Part shown: one piece after another, positions 1-12,909 of the stretch
Layout: each line of letters starts with the position of its first letter
How positions within the stretch are numbered: position 1 is the stretch's first letter
Source of the DNA: Sphyrna mokarran
Lineage: Eukaryota
DNA length: 64,000 nt
Assembly (NCBI GenBank): GCA_024679065.1
Contig: JAGIQG010000002.1
Coordinates: 36,580,001 to 36,644,000 of the forward strand
Reading direction: 5' to 3'
Translations under genes and position numbers: made by a program
Notes under the pieces: model-generated
Seen by the model: the letters and a program-made list of their open reading frames with translations, nothing else
The model's database searches: none
Told to the model about the DNA's origin: nothing

Positions 1-1299
1 GTCAAACCCCATACCCTTTGTTGACACCTGTGCTCAGCTGTTTCTTGATACTGTATGGAATTAATTGAATTGGCTGAAGACTGGCATCTATGATGATGTC
101 ATGACAGAGCATCCACTCCACACATGGCTGAAGCTGGTTGCAATTGCTTTAGCGTAGCCATAAGGTCTACAAAGGAGAGCAAGTTCATGAGACATTGCAT
201 AATTTCCTGTGATAATTTGTCTCATTAGCATATCAGTTACACTTAATTCCTACTATGCTAATGACTAACAGCATCCATGCATGCCATATTCGAACTGCTA
301 TATCTGTTCTAAGCATATCCCATTTTGCATGGTGGTCATGCTGCAACAATATGATGGAGACTGTAAAGATAAGACTTCACAAGCTGTCTTTTATGATCCC
401 TCCTTACAAGACTGACATGAATAGATGTCTCTGAAACATTGGTGCTATGCAATCAACTTGATATTAGACATTTAATTCTCTTACCACCCACCCTCACCCA
501 GTTATGTGCTCCACAGGGTACACTCCGTGTTTTTGCTACTCAAACTTTTTTTCTGAGGTATGCAACATGAATGGATACTGATTATCAACTGAGAGAGAGG
601 GATAGTTAATGATTAGCAGGAAGCTCCTTTGCTTTTGTTTGACCTGATGCCATATGGCCTTCATGAGAATTTATGGGGACAGAGAAATTGTTTAAGGCTC
701 CCAGTGCTCATCCATGTTGACGTTATACCATTGTGTTACCATCTCTGGCTAGTCAGTTCTGCTGGAGGGAATGATGCAGACAAGTTTGGTGATAGAAAAG
801 TCTAGGGCATTAGCAAAAAGATAATGAATATGACCATGTTAGGCTGTTGTTTGTTTGACTAACCTGTAGGTCAGCTCTCCCAATTTTGATATCATCAGCA
901 CCAATGTTAATGAAGACAACTTTGCAAGACTCTATAATAAATTTTAATAAAAGCAAAATACTAGAAGTTGTTATGATCTAGGGCATTAGGGAAATTGTGG
1001 ATTTAGGTGGGGAGGGACTGGATAAGAGGAGAGAGGATGGAGTCAAGATAGCAAAAAATTAGTTTAGTGGAGCAGGAACAGACTGACATGATGGGCCTAC
1101 TTGGGGCAGTCCTGTTTGTGGATTTTTGGAAAGAGGTAATCTGGGTTTGGGAGACTATCCATCCCTCTCCCCAGGATCATCTGCCATGTTCTTCAGGTTG
1201 TTCTTTGATATTCTGCCATTTCGACATTCTGATCTCTGAATGGATCCTATTAGCACCAATAGCCTTTATCATCACCATTTACATTTCCTTGGTTTTTTA

Positions 1300-2444
1300 A
1301 TAGCTTGCTTAATAAGTACTTTGCCTCAGTATTCACAATGGAAAGTGATCTGAGAGGTTGTACTGCAGGATTGCAGCAAACTGAAAAGATTGAGTATGTG
1401 TACATTAAGAAAGAGGATGTGTTGGAACTGTTAAATTCCATCAAGGTAGACAAGTTGCCGGGACCAGATGAGATGTACCCCAGGTTACGGTGGGAGGTGA
1501 GGGAAGTGATTGCAGAGCCCCTGGTGATGGTCTTTGCGTCATCGATGGAGACGGGCAAGGTTCCGGAAGATTGCGGATGTGGTGTCTATTTTCAAGAAAG
1601 GGAACAGGGATAGCCCAGGGAATTACCGACAACTGAGTCTGACCTCAGTGGTCGGTAAGTTGATGGAGAGGATTCTGAGGGACAGGATTTATGAGCATTT
1701 AGAGAAGTTCAATATGATCAGAAATAGTCAACACAGCTTTGTTATGGGCAGATTGTGCCTTACGAGCCTAGTTGAGTTCTTCGAAAATGTGACTGAACAC
1801 ATTAATGAAGGAAGAGCAGTGGACGTGCTTTACATGGATTTCAGCAAGGCATTTGATAAGGTCCCCCATGCAAGACTTCTTGAGAAGGTGAGAGGGCATG
1901 GGATCCAAGGGGCTTTGGCCTTGTGGATCCAGAATTGGCTTGCCTGCAGAAGGCAGAGGGTGGTTGTGGATGGCTCTTTTTCTGCATGGAGGTCAGTCAC
2001 CAGTGGAGTGCCCCAGGGATCTGTTCTAGGACCCTTGCTGTTTGTCATTTTCATAAATGACCTAGATGAGGAAGTGGAGGGATGGGTTAGTAAGTTCACC
2101 GATGATACAAAGGTTGGTGGTGTTGTGGATAGTCTGGAGGGATGTCAGAAGTTGCAGCGAGACATAGATAGAATGCAAGACTGGGTAGAGAAGTGGCTGA
2201 TGAACTTCAACGCAGATAAATGTGTGGTAGTCCATTTTGGCAGGATGAATGTGATGAAGGAGTATAATATCAAGGGTAGGAGTCTTGACAGTGTTGAGGA
2301 ACAGAAGGATCTTGGGGTCCAGGTCCGCAGGACTCTTAAATCGGCCCCACAAGTGGAGGATGTGGTCAAGAAGACATATGGTGTACTGACCTTCATTAAT
2401 CGAGGGATTGAGTTTAGGAGTCGGGAGGTAACGCTGCAACTTTA
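1300..2444 (+). mobile_element. CR1 LINE, 5'-truncated, left part (interrupted by a nested CR1)
   Basis: RT motifs YMDFSKAFDKV, SGVPQGSVLGP, FTDD. Stops at REVTLQL and resumes at 4684. Confidence 0.93.
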
Positions 2445-4683
2445 GAACATAGAACATAGAACAATACAGCACAGAACAGGCCCTTCGGCCTTCGATGTTG
2501 TGCCGACCAAAATAAAAAGCAATGCCCCTCCAAACTAACCATTCCCTTCTCTTCCATATACTTATCAACTAACCTCTTAAACGCCACCAAACTTGGCGCA
2601 TCTACAACTGCTGCAGGCAGGGCATTACACTCCCGAACCACCCTTTGGGTAAAGAACCTACCTCTGATATCCGTCCTATAACTATCACCCCTTAATTTAA
2701 AGCTGTGTCCCCTCTGCTAGCTTTCTCCATCCTAGGAAAAAGGCTATCACTGTCCACCCTATCTAAACCTCTAATCAGCTTATATGCTTCAATAAGATCC
2801 CCTCTTAGCCGCCTCCTTTCTAACGAAAACAACCTCAAATCCTTCAACCTCTCTTCATAGGACCTACCCTCCATACCAGGCAACATCCTGGTAAACCTCC
2901 TCTGTACCCTCTCCAATGCCTCCACATATTTCTTATAATGTGGGGACCAGAACTGCACACAATACTCCAAGTGCGGCCGCACTAGAGTTTTGTACAGTGG
3001 CAACATGATGCTGCGGCTCCTAAATTCAATCCCCCTACCAATAAAAGCTAAGACTCCATAAGCCTTCTTAACAACTTTATCCACTTGACTGCCTACTTTC
3101 AGGGATCTATTGACACATTACACCAAGATCCTTCTGTTCCTCAACACTATTAAGAGCCCTACCATTAGCCCTATACTCTACACATTTATTGTTCCTGCCA
3201 AAGTGCATTACCTCACACTTCTCCACATTAAACTCCATTTGCCACCTCTCGGCCCAGCTCTGCAACGTGTCCAAGTCACTCTGTAAACTAAAACACCCCT
3301 CTTCACTATCTACCACACCACCAACTTTAGTATCATCTGCAAATTTACTGATCCATCCCTCAATACCCTCATCCAGATCATTTATAAAAATTACAAACAG
3401 CAGGGGCCCCAAAAACAGACCCCTGAGGTACACCACTTGTCACCGAACTCCAAGATGAATATCTCCCATCAACCACCACCCTCTGTCTTCTATCTGCTAG
3501 CCAATTCCTAACCCAATTAGCTAAATCACCCTCTATCCCATACATCTGCATTTTCTGCAGAAGTCTTCCATGGCCCACCTTATCAAACGCCTTACTAAAG
3601 TCCATATATACCACATCAACCGCCTTACCCCCATCCACCTCTTTGGTCACTTTTTCAAAAAACTCAATGAGGTTAGTAAGGCACGACCTACCCTTCACAA
3701 AACCATGCTGACTATCCCAATCAATTCATTTCTCTCTAAATAACTATAAATCCTATCCCTAATAATTCTCTCCAATACCTTGCCCACCACAGAAGTAAGA
3801 CTCACTGTCCTATAATTCCCAGGAAGGTCTCTCTTCCCCTTCTTAAACAATGGGACCACATTCGCTATCCTCCAGTCCTCCGGAACCACACCGTAACCAA
3901 CGAGGACCTGAAGATCAGAGCCAGAGGCTCTGCAATCTCCTCTCTTGCCTCCCAGAGAATCCTAGGGTAAATCCCGTCCGGCCCAGGGGCCTTATCCAAC
4001 TTCCAACCCTCGAGAATTTCTAACACATCCTCCCTATCTACTACAATACTTCCCAATTTGCAACCCTGTACCTCAGTGCTTTCCATAGCTACATTTCCAG
4101 CACTCTGCGTGAATACCGAAGAGAAATATTTATTCAGTGCCTCACCAATCTCTTCAGGCTCCACGCACAACTTCCCACTGCTGTCTATGACTGGCCCTAA
4201 TCTTGCCCTAACCAAGCTTCTATTCTTAACATATCGAAAGAAAGCTTTAGGATTCTCCTTAATCCTATCAGCCAACATCTTCTCGTGTCCCCTCTTAGCT
4301 CTCCTCAATTCACTTTTTACCTCCTTCCTAGCTAATCTATAGCTATCCATTGCACTACCTGAGCCTTCACGCCTCATCCTGACATAAGCCTCCTTTTTCT
4401 TCTTAACCAGCAAATCAACTCTTTTCGTACACCAAGGCTCTCTTACTCGTCCATTTCCTCCCTGCCTGACAGGGACATACTTATCAAGGACTCTCAGCAG
4501 CTGCTCCTTGAATAAGCACCACCTTCCAGATGTTCCCAGTCCCTGTAGTTTCCTAGTCCAATCTATGCACCCTAATTCTCTCCTGATGGCCTCATAATTA
4601 CCCTTCCCCCAGCTATAACTACTGCCCCCAGCTTCATGCCTATCCCTGTCCATCACTAAGGTGAACGTAACCGAATTGTGGTC
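2445..4683 (-). mobile_element. Young CR1 LINE, 5'-truncated, nested in another CR1
   Basis: Minus-strand ORF2 pieces with frameshifts, (TTCTATG)n tail, and ACTTTA duplicated at 2439-2444 and 4684-4689. Confidence 0.93.
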
Positions 4684-5243
4684 ACTTTATAAGACCCTTC
4701 TCAGACCCCACTTGGAGTACTGTGTGCAGTTCTGGTCGCCTCACTATAAGAAGAATGTGGAAGCTATTGAGAGAGTGCAGACGAGATTTACAAAGATGTT
4801 GCCTGGTTTGGGAGGCATGTCTTATGAAGATAGGTTGAGGGAGCTAGGTCTCTTCTCCCTGGACAGATGAAGGTTGAGAGGTGACCTGATAGAGGTTTAT
4901 AAGATGTTGAGAGGAATAGATAGGGTGGATTCTTGGAGGCTATTTCCCAGGGCTGAAATGGTTGCTATGAGAGGACACAGGTTTAAGGTGCTTTGGGGGC
5001 AAGTACAGAGGAGATGTTAGAGGTAAGTTTTTCACTCAGAGGGTGGTGAGTGAATGGAATCGGCTGCTGTCAGTGGTGGTAGAGGCGAACTCACTGGGGT
5101 CTTTTAAGAGACTTCTGGATGAGTACATGGGATTTAATGGAATTGGGAGTTACAGATAGTTCTACGGCCTGGTAGGTACTGATATGATCAGCACAACTTG
5201 TGGGCCGAAGGGCCTGTTTGTGCTGTAGTGTTCTATGTTCTAT
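4684..5243 (+). mobile_element. CR1 LINE, right part of the element starting at 1300
   Basis: LYKTLLRPHLEYCVQFWSP continues the interrupted ORF2. Ends in GGGCCGAAGGGCCTG...TTCTATGTTCTAT. Confidence 0.92.
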
Positions 5244-5679
5244 CCCTATCAATTACAGTCCCCTCCCCTCCTCCAACCTTTGTAGGGTAAATCTCATCCT
5301 ATTTCCTTTCTTTAGCTTTGACAAAGTCTCATCCTGACTCGAAATGTTGGCTCTATTCTCTCTATAGCAGCTGTCAAACCTGTTGAGATTTACCAGCATT
5401 TTTTTAGTTTTGCTGCCTTGTGTCCAAATCCAGTGCTGACTGATCTTCTGGTTTTATACTTACTGTATCACACTGATTTACATAATGATGTTGGTACAGC
5501 TGAGTAGTTTGCATGGCCATTTCAGAGAAAAATTTGGAGCAGATAATTGTGGGTCTGGAGTCAAATAAATACCAGACTGGGTGAGGAAGGCAAGTTTCCT
5601 TTCATAAAGAATATCAGTACACTAGATAGATTTTAATCTAGCAGTTTCATGATCCTCTTGCTAACCAGTTCACTGATGC

Positions 5680-6560
5680 CAGGACTACTAAGTTCCACAC
5701 CTCATTTCAGTATTTGTTGAAACATGGACAAAAAAGATGAAGTCAGAGTTGAGGTGAGATTGATTGCTCTTGACATCGAAGCAATTTCTGACCAAGTGTG
5801 GTATTAAGGAGCTTGAATAAAATGTAACTCAATGGAATCATATGGAAAGCTGTCCACTGGCTGAAGCAATACTTAGCACAAAGAAAGATAGTTGTGGTTG
5901 TTAGAGGCTAATTATTTCAGCCCCAGGACATCAATGGAACAATTACAACAGCAGCTTAGGTATAACTATTACATCAAAGACCTTCCCTCCATAAAGTCAT
6001 AAATGTGATGCTTCTGATCATTTCATTGTCTTCAGTTCTATTCACAACTCCTCAAATAATGAAGTAGTCCCTGCACAATATTTAGGCTTGAGCTAACAAG
6101 TGGTAAGAAACATGAACTCCTGAAAAATGTCAGGCAATAATTATCTCTAACAAGAGTGTGATCACCTTAGCTTGACCTTTTTCAGCATTAGCATCACCAT
6201 TCCCCATCATCAACACTCTGAAATCACCATTGACCAGGTTAACTAAAGCTCTACACAATTACTGTGGCTTCAAAATCAATCATAGACTGGGTATATTTTG
6301 GACTGATAACAACGGTTTTCCACCATCTGCAAGGCGCAAGTCGCGAATGTGATGGGAATATTTGCCATTTCCACTACATTCAAGCCAAAGCAGCTCATTT
6401 GATTGGCATCCCATCCACCAATTAAAGCATTCACTTCTTCTACCACTGAGATACCATAGCTGCATTTTGTACGATCTACAAGGTACACAACACCAACTTG
6501 CGAAGACCTCTTCGGCAAATAAAAGGCATCTGTGGATGACTGTACTCCCAGCAAGAGGCA
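5680..6560 (+). mobile_element. Old degenerate non-LTR retrotransposon (CR1/L2 group) RT fragment
   Basis: Decayed LDIxAxxDxVW motif near 5770. Similar sequence occurs at 14250-15200 (+) and 62640-64000 (-). Boundaries approximate. Confidence 0.6.
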
Positions 6561-6693
6561 ATGAACCAATGTTCTGTTCTATCAGTTTCAATTTTCCCTG
6601 CTTTTAGTAATCAATTTTTGATGTTAGAAACAAGGCCAAAGAAATGGAAAGATTGGTTAAAAATAATCCCCCCAAATCAATTTTTAAAACAAT

Positions 6694-7373
6694 TAGAACA
6701 TAGAACATAGAACATAGAACAATACAGCACAGAACAGGCCCTTCGGCCTTCGATGTTGTGCCGACCAAAATAAAAGCAATGCCCCTCCTAACTAAACCAT
6801 TCCCTTCTCTTCCATATACTTATCAACTAACCTCTTAAACGCCACCAAACTTGGCGCATCTACAACAGCTGCAGGCAGGGCATTCCACTCCCTAATCACT
6901 CTTTGAGTAAAGAACCTACCTCTGATATCCGTCCTATAACTCATACCCCTTAATTTAAAGCTGTGTCCCCTCGTGCTAGCTTTCTCCATCCTAGGAAAAA
7001 GGCTATCACTGTCCACCCTATCTAAACCTCTAATCATCTTATATGCTTCAATAAGATCCCCTCTTAGCCGCCTCCTTTCTAACGAAAACAACCTCAAATC
7101 CTTCAACCTCTCTTCATAGGACCTGCCCTCCATACCAGGCAACATCCTGGTAAACCTCCTCTGTACCCTCTCCAATGCCTCCACATCTTTCTTATAATGT
7201 GGCGACCAGAACTGCACACAATACTCCAAGTGCGGCCGCACTAGAGTTTTGTACAGCTGCAACATGATGCTGCGGCTCCTAAATTCAATCCCCCTACCAA
7301 TAAAAGCTAAGACTCCATATGCCTTCTTAACAACTTTATCCACTTGACTGCCTACTTTCAGGGATCTATTGAC
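6694..7373 (-). mobile_element. Young CR1 3' fragment
   Basis: Uninterrupted 183-aa ORF2 C-terminus, nearly identical to 2445-3115. (TTCTATG)n tail; ACAAT TSD at 6689-6693 and 7374-7378. Confidence 0.93.
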
Positions 7374-8789
7374 ACAATGTTCCCTATTGGTCTAATAATT
7401 GACCAGCTTTATTTGTGTTTGGTCCATTTTGATAGATTTACATGCAGGATCCTATCATTAGCTGCCCTATAAGAGAATACTTAATAAATACAAAAAGAGT
7501 TAAACTGTCACCTTTAGTAACAGGAAGTATACAGTGCAATCTGTTTGATGTGACTTATTTTCGAGTCGTTAATTTATGCTGCACCTGTGTCATTCTTCTC
7601 CAGTTACATAATAGGGTCAAAGTTATGTGAACACAGCTGAAGGACATTTTTATTTAGAGATCAAAAGCTTTACAAATAATTGGCCTGCAATTAAAGAGTT
7701 TATTGATTTTGGAAAAATGTTCTTGGACCAGACAAAAGTCGACAGACCACAAAATTATTCCAAACAGATAGATCTATTTAACAAAGGTTATACTTAATAA
7801 ACAGGCTGCAATTAACAGACCATATGTGGTCTTTGTTTCCTGATGAAGTCTGAGCAGATACTGCCTTCTCTTTTATTCTCTTGTATTTTCCTTCTTCTGA
7901 TTTTCTCATCTTTGCCACTTCTTTATTTGAAAATACCATGATGGCCATTCTCAATCTCCCTGCACAATCTTCCTTATCATGTTTGATCAAGATAACCAAC
8001 TCCCAACATTCATATGATTAATATAATCATTGGCCTAGTCTATTCACAATTACGTCAGCAGGCCATTACACATAATTGTGACCATCTCCTGGATTACAAC
8101 AGACAAAGTTAGCATGCAGACATCTTAATAGGCTTATGTTGTTCTTCACAGTTGGGATTTTTTAACAATATAATCAGAGAAATGCAACCAACATAACCAT
8201 TTAAGTTTTCTTCCTGCCTCATTGTTAAACTAGACAGACTCATCATTCTCACCTGTTTTCATTTCTGTTCAATCTTCTTAAATTGTTCTAACATCTTATC
8301 TGCTGTTTCTATAAATGTCTAGATTCGTGCAATCTGCTATTCCTAATCATTGCGTGATTTTTTTTTTACTTATGCTTAGCTATCAATGCAAACAGCTCTT
8401 AACTCTGCTTTCCAAAAGCCCATACATTTACAATTCAGTACCTAAAATTGAGATAAAAGATATATAAAAACCCATATTTCTTAGAAGTTTTGTTCCTATT
8501 TGACTTTAAGTGAAAATGAGTATGTAATATTACCATATTTACCCTTTTCTGAACAAATTAATCCCAAATTATTTTGTCTCCTCTTTGTATATTTCTTATA
8601 CATTTTCTGATTTTCTTTTCTGTTCTTCAGATGGATTGCAGTGATGTAAGAACGTGACTCACCACCACCTTCTCAAAAGGCAATTATAATTGGGGAACAA
8701 AGTTGGCCTCGCCAATGATGAACGCATCCAAAAGTTTAAAACATCCTAACTTTCTCTGAATGTACGTTTAAAGGAAAGGACTGCATTGC

Positions 8790-9134
8790 CATTTACCTTT
8801 GATTTTATTTTTGTTCTTTTTATATGTATTTCCTGTTCCAAAACCTAATTGTTGTAATGCAGGGAAATATGGCAGCCAGTTTAAGCACAGCAAGGTATCA
8901 CAAACGTCAATGAGATGACCAGATAATCTGTTTTTTGTGATGTTGGTTAAGGAATCAATGGGCTCCTCTTCAGATAGTGCCATAGGAGCATTTATGTCTG
9001 CTTGATCAGCACAGAGCCTCAGGTTAATGTTTCAACAAAAAGATAGCATTCTTTTAGTAGTATACAGAAGTATCAACCTAGATTATACGCTCAAATCCCT
9101 AGGGTGGGACTTTGAAACAACAATCTTCTGATTT
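8790..9134 (-). mobile_element. Deu-domain (SacSINE1-like) SINE
   Basis: Reverse complement of the CAGATTATCTGGTCAT...TGCTGTGC...TGGCTGCC core also seen at 22240-22655 and 25790-26150. Confidence 0.6.
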
Positions 9135-9137
9135 ATA

Positions 9138-9263
9138 GGGTGGGATTTCCTGGCTGTGCTCAGCCTAAGACAGGAAAATTCCACCCAAGGTTAATGGACC
9201 TTTGCATGGTCATATGCCACCCACTGCGATTCCAGTGGCAGGTGGGATCGGAAAATTCCACCC
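9138..9263. mobile_element. 126-bp MITE, PIF/Harbinger-like
   Basis: TIRs GGGTGGGATTT / AAATTCCACCC, 3-bp TSD ATA (9135-9137, 9264-9266), and an extra internal TIR copy near 9174-9187. Confidence 0.75.
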
Positions 9264-9979
9264 ATAGAGTCCTCAGTGGTACAACTGAACCGAATATGAT
9301 GTCTTATGGCCTCATGCTGACCACTAAAAACTGTGGCCTTGTACAAATTTATCATTATCTCTTTACATTTGGACCCTAACTCCTTTATATAACCCAAAAT
9401 AACTGCTTTACAATTGTTTGCTAGCCCACAATTGCACTTTTTACATACCTCAACTTCCTCCACTCCATACCCCTTATCTATTTCTTTAAATGTAATCTTC
9501 TATTTCTTGTTTCAATTGCAAAACATATTTACTTCACATTCATTTAAAACAGTTTACATTTATCATTCTCCCGATTCTTCTAACCTGTTGCTGTCCTCCT
9601 TAAGACTCTTCCCTGCAGTTTGATGCATATTTATGTTATCAAATTAGGTGTGAAAAAAGTGGGACTTTGACTTTTAATACACACGTCAAACTTTTGGATT
9701 ACAAGTTTGCATAGAGTAGAATGTGGGTGAATGGCCAGGAGTGCATTGGAATAGTCTAGTCTGTAGATAATATAGATATAACTGAGAGTTTCAGCAACAG
9801 CAGGGCTGGGCAAAGTCAGGCATTGTTACAGTGGTGGAAACAGACGGTCTCAGTAAATAGGAGATTGGAATCTCATCTTGGAATCAGATTAGTTGTGAAT
9901 AGACTGGCTTAATCTCAAAACAGTTAGAAGAAAAAGGGGTGGAGTTGATAACCAGGGTATAAAGTTTGAAGGTCCAAAG

Positions 9980-11731
9980 CTTGACTTCAGTTATAGGTAA
10001 GCTAACGGAGAGGATCCTTAGGGACAGGATGTATGAGCATCTGGAGCGCTGCGATCTGATCAGGGATACGCAGCATGGCTTCGTCAAGGGGAAGTCTTGT
10101 CTTACAAATCTAGTGGAATTTTTTGAAGAAGTGACAAAAACAGTTGATGAAGGACAGGCTGTTGATGTCGTCTACATGGATTTCAGTAAGGCGTTTGACA
10201 AGGTTCCTCATGGTAGACTGATAGAGAAGGTGAAGGCGCATGGGATACAGGGTCGGGTATGTAGATGGGTCGAGAACTGGCTCGGGAGGAGGAGACAGAG
10301 GGTAGTAGTGGAAGGCTCTTTTTCCGGCTGGAAGCCTGTCACTAGTGGAGTGCCACAAGGCTCAGTACTAGGTCCTCTTCTATTTGTGGTCTACATAAAC
10401 GACTTGGAAGTAGGGGTAGGTGGTGAGATCAGCAAATTTGCTGATGACACCAAGATGCTTGGATTGGCGGGTACAGAGGAGCAGTGTCAGGCAATACAAC
10501 AGGACATAGATAGGTTGGTAGACTGGGCAGATAGATGGCAAATGGAATTTAATCCGGATAAATGCGAGGTGATGCATTTTGGCCGGAAAAATGTAGAAGA
10601 GAGTTATAGGATAAAAGGTAAAACTATACGGAGCATAGAGACGCAGAGAGACTTGGGGGTGCAGGTTCACAAGTCTCTGAAGGTGTCCTCACAGGTGGAG
10701 AAGGTGATAAAGAAGGCGTATAGTATGTTAGCTTTCATAGAAAAGGGTATAGAATACAAGAGTAGGAGTTTGATGTTGCAGTTGTATAGAACGTTGGTTA
10801 GGCCTCACTTGGAATACTGCGTCCAGTTCTGGTCGCCGTACTATCGGAAGGATGTGGAGTCCTTGGAGAGAGTGCAGAGGAGGTTTACCAGGATGCTGCC
10901 TGGTATGGAAGGACTGTCTTATGAGGAATGATTAAATAGACTGGGGTTGTTTTCCCTTGAAAGACGTCGGCTTAGAGGGGATCTCATAGAGGTGTATAAG
11001 ATTATAAGGGGTATAGATAGAGTAAATGGAGGTAAACTTTTTCCACCTTCAGAAATGGATAGGACGAGGGGTCATGGCCATAGGGTGAGGGGGGCTATGT
11101 ATAAGACGAATATTAGAGGGCAGTTTTTCACACAAAGGGTAGTGGGGGTGTGGAATGCACTGCCGAGTAAGGTGGTGGGAGCAGGCACACTGGGGCTGTT
11201 TAAGGGTCTCTTGGACAGCCACATGAGCGGTATGCAGATAGAGGGATATAGTAGGACTGTTTAACTACGGCTTTTTTTCCACAGGTAATTCGGTCCATAC
11301 TTGACCAACATTGAGCATGCATTCGGCAGGTGGTGCGAGTACAGCTCTTGGATGTTGATTCATGGGTTGCCTGGTACCTCATGTCGTAAATGAGTGCTTT
11401 ATGTGGACCATCTGAAGGGCACCATGACAGCTCAGAGACTATCGATGTGGCTGTGCAGACACTTGGAATTGGGCCGGTGTCTGCGGGAGTTTGCGCGTTC
11501 TCCCCGTGGTTGCGTGGGTTTTCTCCGGGCACTCTGGTTTCCTCCCACAACCCAAAAATTTGCTCTTAGGCTGATTGGGAAACAAATTGTCCCTATAGTG
11601 AGAGTCTTCCATATTAGGAATAACCTAAATCTTTAATAGGATAATGGATTTGCTACTATATAGTTATGACGGCGGCGTGGGCTCGTTGGGCCAAAGGGCC
11701 TGTTTCCCGTGCTGTGTTGCTCTAAAAAAAA
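9980..11731 (+). mobile_element. CR1 LINE of a second subfamily, 5'-truncated, with a long 3' region containing a V-SINE-like core
   Basis: ORF2 runs 9980-11264 with one internal stop at 10929-10931. CR1-type tail GGGCCAAAGGGCCTGTTTCC followed by an A run near 11690-11731. Confidence 0.88.
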
Positions 11732-11822
11732 ACAATTGGCTTCAATCTTTCCAATATTTAACAGCACTGTCTCTGTGGAGTGCACATTTTCTCCCCATGT
11801 CAACATGGGGTTCCTCCGGTTT

Positions 11823-12130
11823 CACAGAATCCTAAGTTGTGGAAGGAGGCCATTTGGCCCATCGAGTCTCAACAATCCCACCCAGGCCTTATCTCTTCAA
11901 GCCCAGGCATTTATCCTAGCTAATCCCCAACACTGAAGGGCACTTTGGTATGACCGATCCACCTAATCCTGCATATCTTTGTACTGTGGGAGGAAACTGG
12001 GGCACCCAGAGGAAATGCATGCCAATACAGTGAGAACATACAGACTCCTTACAGTGACCCAAGACAGAATTCGAAACTAGATCCCTGGCGCTGTGAGGCA
12101 GCAGTACTACCTACTCTGTTACCACATCGC
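11823..12130 (-). mobile_element. HE1-like V-SINE (tRNA head, CR1 tail)
   Basis: Reverse complement reads GTAGTACTGCTGCCTCACAGCGCCAGGGATCTAGTTTCGAATTC, then the V core, then GATGGGCCAAATGGCCTCCTTC. Confidence 0.8.
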
Positions 12131-12719
12131 TCCCAAAGATTTTTTTGTTTTTGCAGTTTTAGTTAGGGCATCGTGATCAGCATGGGCTTGGAGGGCCAAA
12201 TGTGATGCTGTTTTCAACTTAGATTCTTAATTCCAAGTATTTTTTTATTATTAATTCAAATTCCACCATTTGCCATTACCTGATTTGAACGCAAGTCCCC
12301 AAAACAATAGTTGAGTTTCTGGATTAATAGTCTAACAATAATACCAAGAGGTCATTGCCTCGGAGTACACTGCCACAGTCTGAAAGATGTGCTAGTTGGG
12401 TGCACTGGCCATCCTAAATTCACCCTGTGTAGCTGGATGGACGCCGAAGTATGGTGCCTAGGGGATTTTCACAGTAAATTCATTGCTGTGTTAATGTAAG
12501 CCTACTCGTGATACTAATAAATAAACTTTTAAAAAACTCATAACAATCAGATCAAGACATTAAACACCCATTACTAACTACATCACACCACCCGCACTCT
12601 AGGACCCATCAATGAAGCTTTTTCAGTGCCTGCTGAAACACATGGATTAAACAGAGGATTTAAGAGTAAATTCAGTTCGAAAAGATAGTATTAAAAAAAA
12701 CCGACATGTGGAACCGCTC

Positions 12720-12909
12720 TCATAACGGATGATTCAATCAATGTTGATAATGATTCCAGCTTCATGTTAGACACCTATTGGGATTGAACCGTTTGGCGGA
12801 GGACCTCAGCGGGATTTTGAAAACAGGAGCGCGCGACGTGAGGGGGTATCGGCGCTGGAGCGGCGCGGCCTGAGCGGGGGAATGGTCTCTGAGTTCCTTC
12901 AGTCGAAAG
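12720..12909 (+). promoter_or_regulatory. MASTL promoter/5' UTR in a small CpG-rich island with cell-cycle motifs
   Basis: Local CpG enrichment at about 12790-13070. Motifs: TAACGG (MYB-like) 12723-12728, ATTGG (reverse CCAAT) 12777-12781, TTTGGCGG (E2F-like) 12792-12799, TTTGAA (CHR) 12816-12821. All lie within 190 nt of the ATG. Confidence 0.6.

Noticed and set aside
12775-12830. YME1L1 first exon (TVQSQ resembles TVQPQ) on the minus strand
   Set aside because: No nearby in-frame ATG and a stop follows instead of a donor. The segment is better explained as promoter motifs.
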